Assembly (NCBI GenBank): GCA_037129875.1
Contig: JBAXUD010000001.1
Location: forward strand, 1 to 41,312
Reading direction: 5' to 3'
Source: Mycobacteriaceae bacterium
GTDB lineage: Bacteria > Actinomycetota > Actinomycetes > Mycobacteriales > Mycobacteriaceae
DNA length: 41,312 nt
Part shown: positions 20,154 to 30,200 of the stretch, in pieces
Numbering within the stretch: the stretch's first letter is position 1
How the letters are laid out: the number at the start of each line of letters is the position of its first letter
Translations under genes and position numbers: made by a program
The notes under the pieces: model-generated
What the model was told of the DNA's origin: nothing
The model's database searches: none
What the model saw: the letters and a program-made list of their open reading frames with translations, nothing else

Positions 20154-20870
20154 ATGACGTATTGCATCGGCGTATTGCTCGATGAGGGAATGATTTTCGC
20201 CTCCGACTCCCGCACCAACGCCGGCATGGACAGCGTCGCCAAATTCTGCAAGATGACGGTCTTCGAGCGTCCCGGCGACCGCGTCATCGTTCTGCTCAGT
20301 TCGGGAAACCTGGCCGGAACCCAGGCGGTCATCAGCATCCTGACCCAACGCTGCGCCGACGGCGCAGCGCCCACCAACCTTTTCGGCGCCCGAACGATGT
20401 TCGACGTTCTGGTTCTGGTGACCGATGCGATGCGCGACATCGAGAACCGCGACGCCGACTACCTGGAGGCATTCAACGCCTCGTTCATCGTCGGCGGGCA
20501 GATCGACGGTGAACCGCTGCGACTGTTCCGGACCTACGCCGAGGGCAACTTCATCGAAGCCGGAACACACACCAACTTCTTCCAGACCGGTGAAACCAAG
20601 TACGGCAAGCCGATCCTCGACCGCGTGCTGACCCAAAGCACGCCACTTGTCGATGCCGCCAAATGCGTTCTGGTGTCGTTTGATTCGACCATGCGCAGCA
20701 ATCTCTCAGTGGGCATGCCGATCGATCTGGTGTGCTACGAACAGGACAGCCTCGAAGTACGATTCCGGCGGCGTTTCGATGTCGGCGACCCGTATTTCAC
20801 TGCGCTCAGCCGCGACTGGAGTGAAGGTACACGGGAGGTCTTCCGCGAGTTGCCCGAGTTGAGCTGGTGA
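20154..20870 (+). CDS. Proteasome-type Ntn hydrolase, Anbu family
   Basis: M-TYC N-terminus (Thr1), ASDSRTNAG, SSGNLA, YAEGNFIEA, QTGETKYGKPILDR, SFDSTMRSNLSVGMPID. Confidence 0.92.
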   Translation: MTYCIGVLLDEGMIFASDSRTNAGMDSVAKFCKMTVFERPGDRVIVLLSSGNLAGTQAVISILTQRCADGAAPTNLFGARTMFDVLVLVTDAMRDIENRDADYLEAFNASFIVGGQIDGEPLRLFRTYAEGNFIEAGTHTNFFQTGETKYGKPILDRVLTQSTPLVDAAKCVLVSFDSTMRSNLSVGMPIDLVCYEQDSLEVRFRRRFDVGDPYFTALSRDWSEGTREVFRELPELSW

Positions 20871-21619
20871 ACGGTCAGCAGAACGACACAACCTTCATCA
20901 TCACCTGTGAGCACGGCGGCAACCGCATCCCCGCGCCCTATCGGTCGCTGTTCCGCGGACAGCGGGCCCTCCTGGACTCCCACCGCGGGCACGACCCCGG
21001 ATCACTGCTCGTGGCAACCGAACTCGCCGATACCTTCCGGGCGCCGCTGGTGGCGTCGACCACCAGCCGTCTGCTCGTCGACCTCAACCGGTCGATCGGT
21101 CACCCGCAACTGTTCTCCGCGGCGACCCGCGGCGCACCGGCCGGGACCCGGGCACAGATCCTCGAGCGCCACTATGTGCCCCACCGCGGGCAGGCCGAGC
21201 ATCTGGTCACCCAGGCTGTGAGCCGCGGTGATCGTGCGATCCACATTTCGGCACACAGCTTCACCCCCGAGTTGGGAGGCAAGGTCCGAAGCGCCGACGT
21301 CGGTTTGCTCTACGATCCGGGGCGCGACGGAGAGGCGCAACTCTGCGCTCGGTGGAAGAGCTCGCTCGCCGCACTAACGCCGGAACTGCGGGTGCGCCGC
21401 AATTACCCCTATGCCGGCAGAGCGGACGGCTTGACCTCGTATTTGCGGCGCCGTTTCGAGCATCGCGAATACATCGGAATCGAACTTGAGGTCAACCAGA
21501 GCATCGTCTTGGCCGGGGGCCGGCGCTGGACGGCCCTGCGGCGCGCTCTGATCGAGTCGTTACGCACGGCATCTACTGCCCCATCACAACCACAACCCAG
21601 AGATACCGGAGAGCAATGA
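20867..21619 (+). CDS. N-formylglutamate amidohydrolase family protein
   Basis: ITCEHGGNRIP, SHRGHDPG, SRLLVDLNRS, HSFTP, RRNYPY, GIELEVNQ; GTGA overlap. Confidence 0.88.
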   Translation: MNGQQNDTTFIITCEHGGNRIPAPYRSLFRGQRALLDSHRGHDPGSLLVATELADTFRAPLVASTTSRLLVDLNRSIGHPQLFSAATRGAPAGTRAQILERHYVPHRGQAEHLVTQAVSRGDRAIHISAHSFTPELGGKVRSADVGLLYDPGRDGEAQLCARWKSSLAALTPELRVRRNYPYAGRADGLTSYLRRRFEHREYIGIELEVNQSIVLAGGRRWTALRRALIESLRTASTAPSQPQPRDTGEQ

Positions 21620-22431
21620 TGCGAATCAACGTCGGCTTCGAGATGATCTATGACTGCCCGCAGCCCACCCCGATGATCTTCAACCTCAATGTGCACTTCA
21701 CCCGGGTCTCCGACCTCGTCGGGCGCGACGACCTGGCCTTCGACCCTCCCGTTCCGGTGGACGCCTATCGTGACGGCTTCGGCAACTGGTGCACCCGCAT
21801 CGTCGCGCCCACGGGCCGCACGCGCGTCACCGCGAATGCGGTCGTCAATGACACTGGGCTACCAGACTCCATTGCTGCTGACGCACAACAGATTCCGGTC
21901 CAGGATCTACCCGTCGATACGCTGGTGTACCTGCTCGGCAGCCGGTATTGCGAGACCGATCGGCTGTCCAAGACAGCGTGGGATCTGTTCGAGCACGCGC
22001 CGACGGGATGGGGCCGGGTTCAAGCAATCTGCGACTACGTTCACCGACACGTCACGTTCGGCTACGAGCACGCGCGAGTGACCCAGACGGCGCTGGAAAC
22101 CTTCAACAACGGCACCGGTGTCTGCCGGGACTTCAATCACCTCGCCGTTGCATTTTGCCGCTGCATGAACATTCCGGCCCGTTACTGCACCGGCTATCTC
22201 GGCGAGATCGGTATGCAGCCGCCCTACGGTCCGATGGACTTCGCCGCCTGGTTCGAGGTGTACCTCGGTGGGCAGTGGCACACGTTCGACGCGCGCAACA
22301 ACATCCCGCGCATCGGCAGGGTGCTGATCGCCCGGGGCCGCGACGCCGCCGATGTCGCGCTGAGCAACGCCTTCGGTGACAACACGTTGACCAGCTTCAG
22401 GGTGTGGACCGACGAGGTACCGGCCAGGTGA
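21616..22431 (+). CDS. Transglutaminase-like protein
   Basis: GSRYCETD, GVCRDFNH (catalytic Cys), PARYCTGYL, DFAAWFEVYLGG.W.TFDAR, GRDAADV; ATGA overlap. Confidence 0.9.
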   Translation: MMRINVGFEMIYDCPQPTPMIFNLNVHFTRVSDLVGRDDLAFDPPVPVDAYRDGFGNWCTRIVAPTGRTRVTANAVVNDTGLPDSIAADAQQIPVQDLPVDTLVYLLGSRYCETDRLSKTAWDLFEHAPTGWGRVQAICDYVHRHVTFGYEHARVTQTALETFNNGTGVCRDFNHLAVAFCRCMNIPARYCTGYLGEIGMQPPYGPMDFAAWFEVYLGGQWHTFDARNNIPRIGRVLIARGRDAADVALSNAFGDNTLTSFRVWTDEVPAR

Positions 22432-22461
22432 GATCCGGCACGCCGGGGTGCGCCACGAGGG

Positions 22462-22806
22462 TCACACCGCGTGTGGGAACGCGTCCTCAGAAGAATTGTG
22501 TGCGATCAGAACCCCATCCAGGTTCATGATGTCGAGGATACTGGCGACTGCCCCGGGGGGTGCCGCGAGGCGCAGGTCGCCCCCCGCGCTTCGCGCCGAT
22601 TTCAATCCCGAGATCAACGCTCCGACCCCAGACGAGTCGATCGCCTCCACACCCGACAGATCGACCACCACACGAATCGCCCCCGAATCAACGAGGCTGT
22701 CCAGCTGCTGACGCAGGCCTTCGACATCGGGGAAGTTGAGTCGACCCGTCGCCATCAAAACAGTCGCGCCGGAGGACGTCAGCTTCGTGCAGTACTGCTC
22801 GGTCAT
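22462..22806 (-). CDS. STAS domain anti-anti-sigma factor
   Basis: VVVDLSGVEAIDSSGVGALI with the conserved phospho-acceptor Ser. Confidence 0.88.
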   Translation of the reverse strand: MTEQYCTKLTSSGATVLMATGRLNFPDVEGLRQQLDSLVDSGAIRVVVDLSGVEAIDSSGVGALISGLKSARSAGGDLRLAAPPGAVASILDIMNLDGVLIAHNSSEDAFPHAV

Positions 22807-22944
22807 TAAGACCTCTCGTCCTGTTTGGTCAGACCATTTCCAGGTCCGGCAACGGGCTCAAGGGTCACCATAACGCAGTCGTCAGTCAAAGGTCAGTGGC
22901 TAAGTGAGCCATATTTCCCCTAACGGGACCCGTGACGCTGCGGA

Positions 22945-24714
22945 CTAGACGCTGCTCGTCAGCGCGATGCGCACGAGGGTTCCCGGTTGATAGGTCAGCT
23001 GGTAGAGGCCGCCATCGGATCCGGGCCCCTTTGCCAGCGCGACGGTCGTGCCGGCTCCCAGGTCGAAGTCCTGCGGGTCACCACACGAGGTGTAGGTGAC
23101 GTTGCACGTCAACACCTTGAGCCAGCCCTGAACCTCATCGGCGATGAACACCTTGGCAGGGTCGTAGGCGAGCACCGACGAGAACGCCGCGCCGCTGCCA
23201 CGGGCATAGGTGTAGATCGGATTGATCAGCCCCGTGCAATTACTCGTGCAGATGCCTTCGGCGCCCGGCCAGCCGTAGTTGCCGCCGGCGGTCACGCGGT
23301 TGAGTTCCTCGAAGGCCGCATTGCCGACGTCAGCGACCAGGAGCTGGCCGGTCGGGGTGAACGTCAACCGGAACGGATTGCGCAACCCGTAGGCGTAGAT
23401 CTGTGGCAGCGCGCCCGCCGGCAACACCGGATTGTCCGACGGCGTGCTGCCGTCGGGATTGATCCGCAGGATCTTGCCGTAGATATTGGTGAGGTTCTGC
23501 GCGTTCGACCCAGTGCCGTTGTCGCCCTTTCCCCAGTAGAGCTTGCCGTCGGGGCCGAAGGCCAAGCCGCCGCCGTGGTGATTGGTCGCAACGGTGTCGG
23601 TGGTTTCCAGGAGTATCTTCTCCGAGCCCGGGGCGGCTGTATCGCCGCTCACCGTGAACTGCGACAACCGGTCCTTGACGTCCGATGTGGTGTAGGCCAC
23701 GTAGATGTGACCGTTGGTGGTGAACTGCGGATCGACAGCCAGCCCGCTTATTCCCCGCTCACCAAGTGTGTTGACCGACAGTGTGATCAGTGGCTGCGCG
23801 AGGACGGTGCCGTCGGTCGCGATGACCTTGATCGCGCCGCCCTTCTCACCGACGACGATCCGTCCGTCCGGCAGAAAGCGGAAGTCCACCGGCGAGTTCA
23901 GGCCCGAGGCGATGACGGTGCGCTGGTCCCCGATGAGGACGGTCTCGGTCTTCTTGTGTCCGCTGGTGCCGAGCAACCCGAAGGACAACAAGTTGAGCAA
24001 CCCGGCGACGCCGTGGATGTGGAACCCGCTGCCTGCGTCGCTGACGGTGACGTCGAACATGTCCTGTCCGGCGAAGTTCACCCCCGGGGTGTAGTCGAAC
24101 GTGCCGCTGGGATCGATCGCGACAGTCCCGAGAGCGGGTTTGGTCGCGGTGTATGTCAGTTTCGTCGAGTCGGGGTCGACAGGGCGCAGATTGCCCTTGA
24201 TATGACCGTCCACGACTTGGTTCTCAGCCGGGTCGTAGGCCAGGGTCGGCGTCTGATTGTTCAAGAACGCGTTGGGTGCGGCCGCCGCCGCAACGGCGCT
24301 CATCGTCGGGGTCGACGCGGCAACATTGGCAGTCGGCGAGGCCGACTGCCGTTTCGTCGGTACGACGGCCGCGGCGGGCGAAGTCGGAAGCTGGGCCGAT
24401 GGCAGAGTCGCGCGGCGGCGGGGCTGACTCGGCTCCAATGCGGCCGCTGACTGAACCTCAGGCTTAGCCCCGGCCTGAGACTTCGCCCGAAACTTCGTCC
24501 TCGCCTTCGAATCCGGCGTCGCCGGCCCTGATCCGGTGGCAGCGTCCTGCGGGGCCGGGGAAGGCGAACTCGCCGAATTCGCCTCTGAGTTCCCTGTTCC
24601 CGAACCGGTTGTGTCCGCCCAGGCCGCGCCGGTGCCGGCGAGCACGCCGGCACCGATTCCCAACGCACATGCCAAACCGCCGACCCGCCCGATATAGCGG
24701 GCGTAACCGCTCAT
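22945..24714 (-). CDS. Secreted PQQ-dependent sugar dehydrogenase (GSDH beta-propeller) with low-complexity linker and Ig-like domain
   Basis: YIGRVGGLACALGIG signal, GTFDYTP..F.G.D.F Ig-like repeat, NHHGGGLAFGPDGKLY, GKILRINPDG, YGLRNPF, GGNYGWP; start uncertain (24714/24786). Confidence 0.85.
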   Translation of the reverse strand: MSGYARYIGRVGGLACALGIGAGVLAGTGAAWADTTGSGTGNSEANSASSPSPAPQDAATGSGPATPDSKARTKFRAKSQAGAKPEVQSAAALEPSQPRRRATLPSAQLPTSPAAAVVPTKRQSASPTANVAASTPTMSAVAAAAAPNAFLNNQTPTLAYDPAENQVVDGHIKGNLRPVDPDSTKLTYTATKPALGTVAIDPSGTFDYTPGVNFAGQDMFDVTVSDAGSGFHIHGVAGLLNLLSFGLLGTSGHKKTETVLIGDQRTVIASGLNSPVDFRFLPDGRIVVGEKGGAIKVIATDGTVLAQPLITLSVNTLGERGISGLAVDPQFTTNGHIYVAYTTSDVKDRLSQFTVSGDTAAPGSEKILLETTDTVATNHHGGGLAFGPDGKLYWGKGDNGTGSNAQNLTNIYGKILRINPDGSTPSDNPVLPAGALPQIYAYGLRNPFRLTFTPTGQLLVADVGNAAFEELNRVTAGGNYGWPGAEGICTSNCTGLINPIYTYARGSGAAFSSVLAYDPAKVFIADEVQGWLKVLTCNVTYTSCGDPQDFDLGAGTTVALAKGPGSDGGLYQLTYQPGTLVRIALTSSV

Positions 24715-24965
24715 CGGAGGAGCGAGCAGGCCGCCGATGGCTGTGTCGCGGATTGTCCGTAGCGGACTACTACTCGAATTGTCCATAGTCAACTGTAGTG
24801 CCGGAAACTGCTGAGCACCAGGGTTGTGCGCATCGGGACCGGCGTGGCTCAGCACGCCGCCCTGCCCACCTCTGGATGCGCCCGATCGAGCGGGGTTCAA
24901 CGGTTAGACAATATGGGCCACAACACGATTCACCCGCACCGCCTGTGATGCTCCTCGACGATTTT

Positions 24966-25757
24966 CTACTGGGGACGGTTGAACTCTGGCCGCCTTTTCT
25001 CCATGAACGCGGTCATGCCCTCGATCATGTCCGGGCTGCCGAGAGTGGCATGGAAGGCCGCGCGTTCATCTCGCAGAGATTCGTTCAGTGTCCGGCCGTC
25101 GCTGTTGACCAGGCATCGCAACATCGCCGCCATGGCGGTCGCCGGAAGTGCGGCAAGTTCGCCGGCCAGATCCAGGGCTCGCTGCCTGAGTTCGGTGTTC
25201 GGGAACACCTCGGTGACCAAGCCCAGATCGAACGCCTGCGGCCCCGACACGGTCTTGGCGCGCAGGATAAGGTTCATCGCATGGTCGCGGCCGATCGCTC
25301 GGACTAGCCGCGCGCTTCCACCCCAGGCAGGCACCGAGCCCAGGTGCAGTTCGGGCAACCCGATGCTGGCGCCGTCCTCCGCGGCAAGCCGGAAGTGGCA
25401 TGCCAGCGGCAACTCCAGTCCCCCGCCGAGGCAGTTCCCGAATAGTGTTGCGACCCAGGGCTTGCCCATGTTCTCGATGGCGGACAAGACGCGTAGACGT
25501 TGATCGAGAATCTCGTCAACGCGCCCCCGATCACCGAGCGTGGGCGCCAGTTCCTTCAGATTCATGCCGACCGAGAAATTCTGGTCACCCGCCGCGGTGA
25601 TCACCACGGAACGCACGCCGCTGTCCGCAGCGATGTCGTCGACCAGCGATTCGAGCTCATTCATGAAGGCAAAGGACATCCGGTTGTGCGGCGGGTCGTT
25701 GATCGTCACGACAGCCACCGCCGCCCGGCGCTCGTAGAGGAGGCTGGTGTAGGTCAT
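24966..25757 (-). CDS. Enoyl-CoA hydratase/isomerase family protein
   Basis: FSVGMNL, CLGGGLELPLAC, GLPELHLG..PAWGG, EGMTAFMEKRRP. Confidence 0.9.
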   Translation of the reverse strand: MTYTSLLYERRAAVAVVTINDPPHNRMSFAFMNELESLVDDIAADSGVRSVVITAAGDQNFSVGMNLKELAPTLGDRGRVDEILDQRLRVLSAIENMGKPWVATLFGNCLGGGLELPLACHFRLAAEDGASIGLPELHLGSVPAWGGSARLVRAIGRDHAMNLILRAKTVSGPQAFDLGLVTEVFPNTELRQRALDLAGELAALPATAMAAMLRCLVNSDGRTLNESLRDERAAFHATLGSPDMIEGMTAFMEKRRPEFNRPQ

Positions 25758-25954
25758 TGCTGGCACCAACACAGGGTGACGCACCTACGCAGCGCCTGTC
25801 TTGACATTTCAGGACAGATTGTCGACTCGGTAAGACAAAGCCGCTATGTCCGAGTCGCGCAATCTCCTGCGGTATGCGGCGGGCCCCTGACCGAACCAGC
25901 GGTGACAGGAGCGAGTCGGGGTGCAGGAACGTGCATCGGTCTGAGCTTGGGATT

Positions 25955-26066
25955 GCAGTCGAGTAGCCCACCACTCTAGGTAGGGCACCCCTGAGCACCG
26001 ACTCTGTAGTCACCGGTGCCGCGCGGCACCGCGATACGCAGGAGTCCGCAGACATGGTCCCACCCG
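25955..26066 (+). repeat. Diverged direct repeat, copy 1 (P450-type promoter/RBS/start region)
   Basis: Aligns to 38670-38786: 22/26 and 24/29 identical blocks at the same ungapped spacing, then AGGAGTCC and ATGGTC-CCACCCG. Confidence 0.8.
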
Positions 26067-26164
26067 CGGCCGGCCATCCGACTCGGCCCCATCTGGCGTA
26101 CGGGAAGACCCGCTATTGCCCAGGATTTCGTAGAATCACCCCATCCGCAGGGAGGTTGGGGCCT

Positions 26165-27229
26165 ATGGCGTGGTTTCCGGTTGATCCCACCTCCGTGACG
26201 CCCGGATGGCTCAGCACGGTTCTCAACGCTGACGTGCGGGAATGCCGCCTTGAGCAGATCGGTATCGGTATCGGATTGATGGGTCGCCTGTATCGGGCCC
26301 ACCTTGAGGGTCCCGATGTTCCGACGTCCGTCGTCGTCAAGCTGCCGACCCTGGACCTCCAAGCCCGCTCTGCGGTCTGCGAGGACCTTGAGTTCTACCT
26401 TTGCGAGGTGCGTTTCTACCAAGAGATCGGCCTGGCCAATCCCCTGCCACCGGCGCGCCCATACTTCGCGGCGTTCGACGAATCCACCCACGACTTCATC
26501 CTGGTGCTCGAGGATCTGGGCCGCCTGCGGGTCGCCGACCAGACAGTTGGGTGCACGCCCGCCGACGCCGCAACCGTCATCGACGCCATCGCCCGCCACC
26601 ACGCGTACTGGTGGGAGAGCGACCGCTTCGAATCCCTGACCTGGTTGAAGACCTACAGCACTCCCCCGTTTCCCACCGTTATCGCCGCCAACTTCGCGGC
26701 CTCCTGGCCGCGCTTCCTCGACGTCCTCGGTACCGGCCTGTCCCCGGCGTTGCTTGCATTCGGCGAGCGACTGCCATCACTGGTGCCGTGGTACTGCGAA
26801 GAGATAGCACGAGCCCCCCGCACTTTCCTGCACGGCGACCTGCGGCTCGACCAGCTGTTCTTCGCCGTCAACGCCGGCGATCCACCCGTGACCGCGCTGG
26901 ACTGGCAGATGTCGAGCATCGGCCGAGGGGCCTGGGACCTGGCCTACTTTCTGAGCCAGAGTCTCGACACCGACACCCGGCGCGGCTGTGAGGCACAGCT
27001 GATCGAACGGTACGCGGAGCGACTCGCGGAACACGGAATCGACTACCCCGCAGACGAATTGCGGCACGATTACCGGCTGACCACTGCGTGGTGTTTCGTC
27101 TATCCGGTGATCGGGGCCGGGCGCTTCGACCTCGCCAACGACCGTCAGCTGGATCTGCTTCGCACCATGCTCGACGGGGCGGCAACGGCTATCGAAGACC
27201 ATGACGCTTTGTCACTGAGACCGGACTGA
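26165..27229 (+). CDS. APH/choline/ecdysteroid-kinase-like phosphotransferase
   Basis: VVVKLP, EVRFY, LVLEDL, HGDLRLDQ, ALDWQ, DLAYFL; GGAGG RBS before ATG 26165; in-frame upstream ATG 26054 also has an RBS. Confidence 0.88.
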   Translation: MAWFPVDPTSVTPGWLSTVLNADVRECRLEQIGIGIGLMGRLYRAHLEGPDVPTSVVVKLPTLDLQARSAVCEDLEFYLCEVRFYQEIGLANPLPPARPYFAAFDESTHDFILVLEDLGRLRVADQTVGCTPADAATVIDAIARHHAYWWESDRFESLTWLKTYSTPPFPTVIAANFAASWPRFLDVLGTGLSPALLAFGERLPSLVPWYCEEIARAPRTFLHGDLRLDQLFFAVNAGDPPVTALDWQMSSIGRGAWDLAYFLSQSLDTDTRRGCEAQLIERYAERLAEHGIDYPADELRHDYRLTTAWCFVYPVIGAGRFDLANDRQLDLLRTMLDGAATAIEDHDALSLRPD

Positions 27230-27230
27230 C

Positions 27231-30200
27231 ATGGCCGGACTCGCCTGCGCCTCGTGCGGTGCCCCCAACGAATCCGACGCCCGCTTCTGTGAGGGCTGCG
27301 GGTCGTTGCTCGACAGGTCGTGCGAGACCTGCGGGGCGCCGGCGAATGCGACCGCGCGCTTCTGCCGAGCCTGTGGCGCGCCGCTCAACGATCGCGCCGG
27401 CCCCGCCCCGGAGAGCCCGACGCGCAAGACCGTGACGGTGCTGTTCGCCGATCTGGCCGGATCAACCTCGTTCGAGGAACAGGTCGACGCCGAAACCACC
27501 CGCGAGGTCATCGGGCAATACCACGATCTCCTCCGTTCGACCGCGGACCGTCACCGTGCCGGTGTCACCAAGTACATCGGCGACGGTTTCATGGCCGTGT
27601 GGGGTGTGCCCGAGGTCGGGGCCGATGACGCCGGCCACGCCGTCGACGCCGCGGTCGAATTGCAGGAGCGCTTCGTCGACCTCGCCGCCCGAGTGGCCGA
27701 CGCGCACGGCGTGGATCTGGCTCTGCGGGTCGCGGTGAACACCGGCGAGGTCGTGGTGGGGGCCGGCGACGCCGACCTCGTCGGTGACGCCCTCAACGTC
27801 GGGGCCCGGCTGGAATCGGAATGCCCGCACGGCCACGTCGTGGTCGGCGAAGAGACCTGGCGCTCGACGCGCGGGCGCCACCGCTATGAACCACTCGGTC
27901 AGGTTCACGTGAAGGGCCGGGCCACGCCCGTGGCGGTGTACCAGTGGCTCGGCGGCCGGTCGGAAACCGCCGACACCGTTGCCTTCGTCGGGCGGGCCGA
28001 TGAATTCCAGCGGCTCCGAAAGGTTTTCGACGACGCCGTCGCCGCGCGGGCGGTCCGGCTGGTGACGGTCCTGGGGGAACCCGGCGTCGGCAAGAGCCGG
28101 CTCGCCGCGGAGTTCGCCGGCGCCCAGCCCGGCGGTCGGGTGATCCAGGCCTACTGCGTCGCCGAGGGAACCGTCGCGCTGGCTCCCATAGTCGAGGTAT
28201 TGCGGACGCGCGACCTCGACGCCGATGTCCCCGCCGGTGTTCCCGAGCGGGATCGGATACTGCGGGATCTCAGCGGACTGACGGCCGGCCTCGCCGGGTC
28301 GGTGGAGGAAAACTTCTGGGCGCTAAGGCATTTCGTCGAGGTGCTGGCATCCGAGGGTCCGCTGATTCTCGTCCTCGACGACATCCAGTGGGCCGACACC
28401 CTGCTGCTCGATTTCGTCGAGCACCTCGCGGAGTGGTTGCGCGACGTGCCGGTTCTTATCCTCGCTCTGGCCCGGCCGGAACTCCGCGAGGTCAGGCCCG
28501 ACCTCTTCACCGCGGGCGGCTGGGTCAGCGACGCACTGCGCCTGCGCGGCCTCGGGCCAGACGCGACCGCCGAACTGGCCGCCAGAGTGCTGGGCAGTGA
28601 CCGGCTGCCGGCCGAACTGCTCGGACGGCTCCCCTCGTCGACGGGAGGCAACCCGCTCTTCGTGCGCGAGTTGGTGGGGATGCTCGCGCACGACGGCGTA
28701 TTGGTCGCGAAGCCGGAGGGCTGGCGCCTGACGATCGACGTCGACGCCATCGCCGTCCCGCCGACGATTCAGGCGCTGCTGGCATCCCGGCTGGAGCGGA
28801 TGAATACCGCGGACCGGCGCGTGCTGGAGATCGCCTCGGTGATCGGCACCGACTTCTCGCCAGATGTCGTGTGCGCGCTGGGCCGGACCGGCGCGGCGGA
28901 GGTCAAGAACTCGCTGGACCGGCTGCGGCGCCGCGAATTGGCCCAACCGAGCGGGGCTTACATCGGCGACGAGCCGGTGTGGCGGTTCCACCACGTCCTC
29001 ATCCGTGATGTCGCCTACCGCAGGCTGTTGAAATCGGACCGGGCGGATCTGCACGAGCGGCTGGCCGACTGGGTTCAGGCTGGCGGCGCCAACGGAGCAT
29101 TCGAGTCCGACGAACTGGTCGCCCGGAATCTGGAAGCGGCGCACGGCTACCGGTGCGACCTCGGCGCGCGCGACGCGGGTACGCATGAATTGGCGCTGCG
29201 GTCCGCGCGGAGCTATCTCGCGTCGGCCCGGCGCGCCCTCGATCGCGACGAACTGGTGTCGGCCGGCACGCAGGCCGCCCGCGGAGCGGCTCTTGCTTCC
29301 GCCGACCATGATCTGCACGCCGACTTGCTGCTCGTGGGCTGCGAAGCCTTCCTGTCCGCCGGCGACGTCGCCGCCGCCGCGCCATTAGTCGACGATCTCG
29401 AACGCATCGCCGATGACGCGCTCGTACCCTGGGCGACCTGTTACCGATGCCAGTTCATCGTGTACACCGATCCGACGCGGTTGCCGGAGGTGGACGCTCG
29501 CCTGCACGACCCCATCGAGGAGTTCGGCCGGCGCAGGGATGCCGCCGGGCTGGCCAAGGCGCACCGGGTGCGAGCGGGCGCACGGGGTCGCCTCGGCCGG
29601 ATCGGCGACTGCGAGGTCGACCTCTTCGAGGCGCTCATCGCAGCGCGGCAGGGCGGGGACCATCGGCAGATCACCGCGGCACTGGGCGCCGCGCCGAACG
29701 CTGCGCTGTGGGGACCGAGCCCGGTACCGAAAGCCGGCGGGCGGTGTCTCGATGTGGTTCGGATGCAACGCATGACCACCGCGGCGCCGTCGCTGGAGGC
29801 GACGTCGCTGCGCTGCTTGGCGGTGCTGGAATTGCTTCGCGGGCGACCGGACAAGGCCCGGTCGATGCTCGCCGATGCCCGTCAGATCGTGGCCGACCTC
29901 GGCCTTCGGCACGGCCTGATGGAGACGGAGCTGTTCGCCGGAATCATCGAGTTGATGGTGGGCGACCCGGTGGCGGCCGAGCCGCACTTCCGGACCGCGC
30001 TCGAAGGATTGGACGCCCTGGGTGCCGGTGCCGACGCCGGCCAGGCCGCCGCGCTGCTGGCCCGGTCGGTGCTCGCGCAGGGCCGCATCGATGAAGCCGA
30101 CCGTTACGCCGCCGAAAGCGAACGCATCGCCGGCCACAACCTGAAGACGGCCATCGCGTGGCGAGCGGTACGGGCTGAAATCCTCTCGGCCCAGGGTCGG

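Noticed and set aside
25760-26160. Known ncRNA or riboswitch (Ms1, 6C, cobalamin, etc.)
   Set aside because: No family consensus recognised by eye; kept only as an unassigned structure pending an Rfam search
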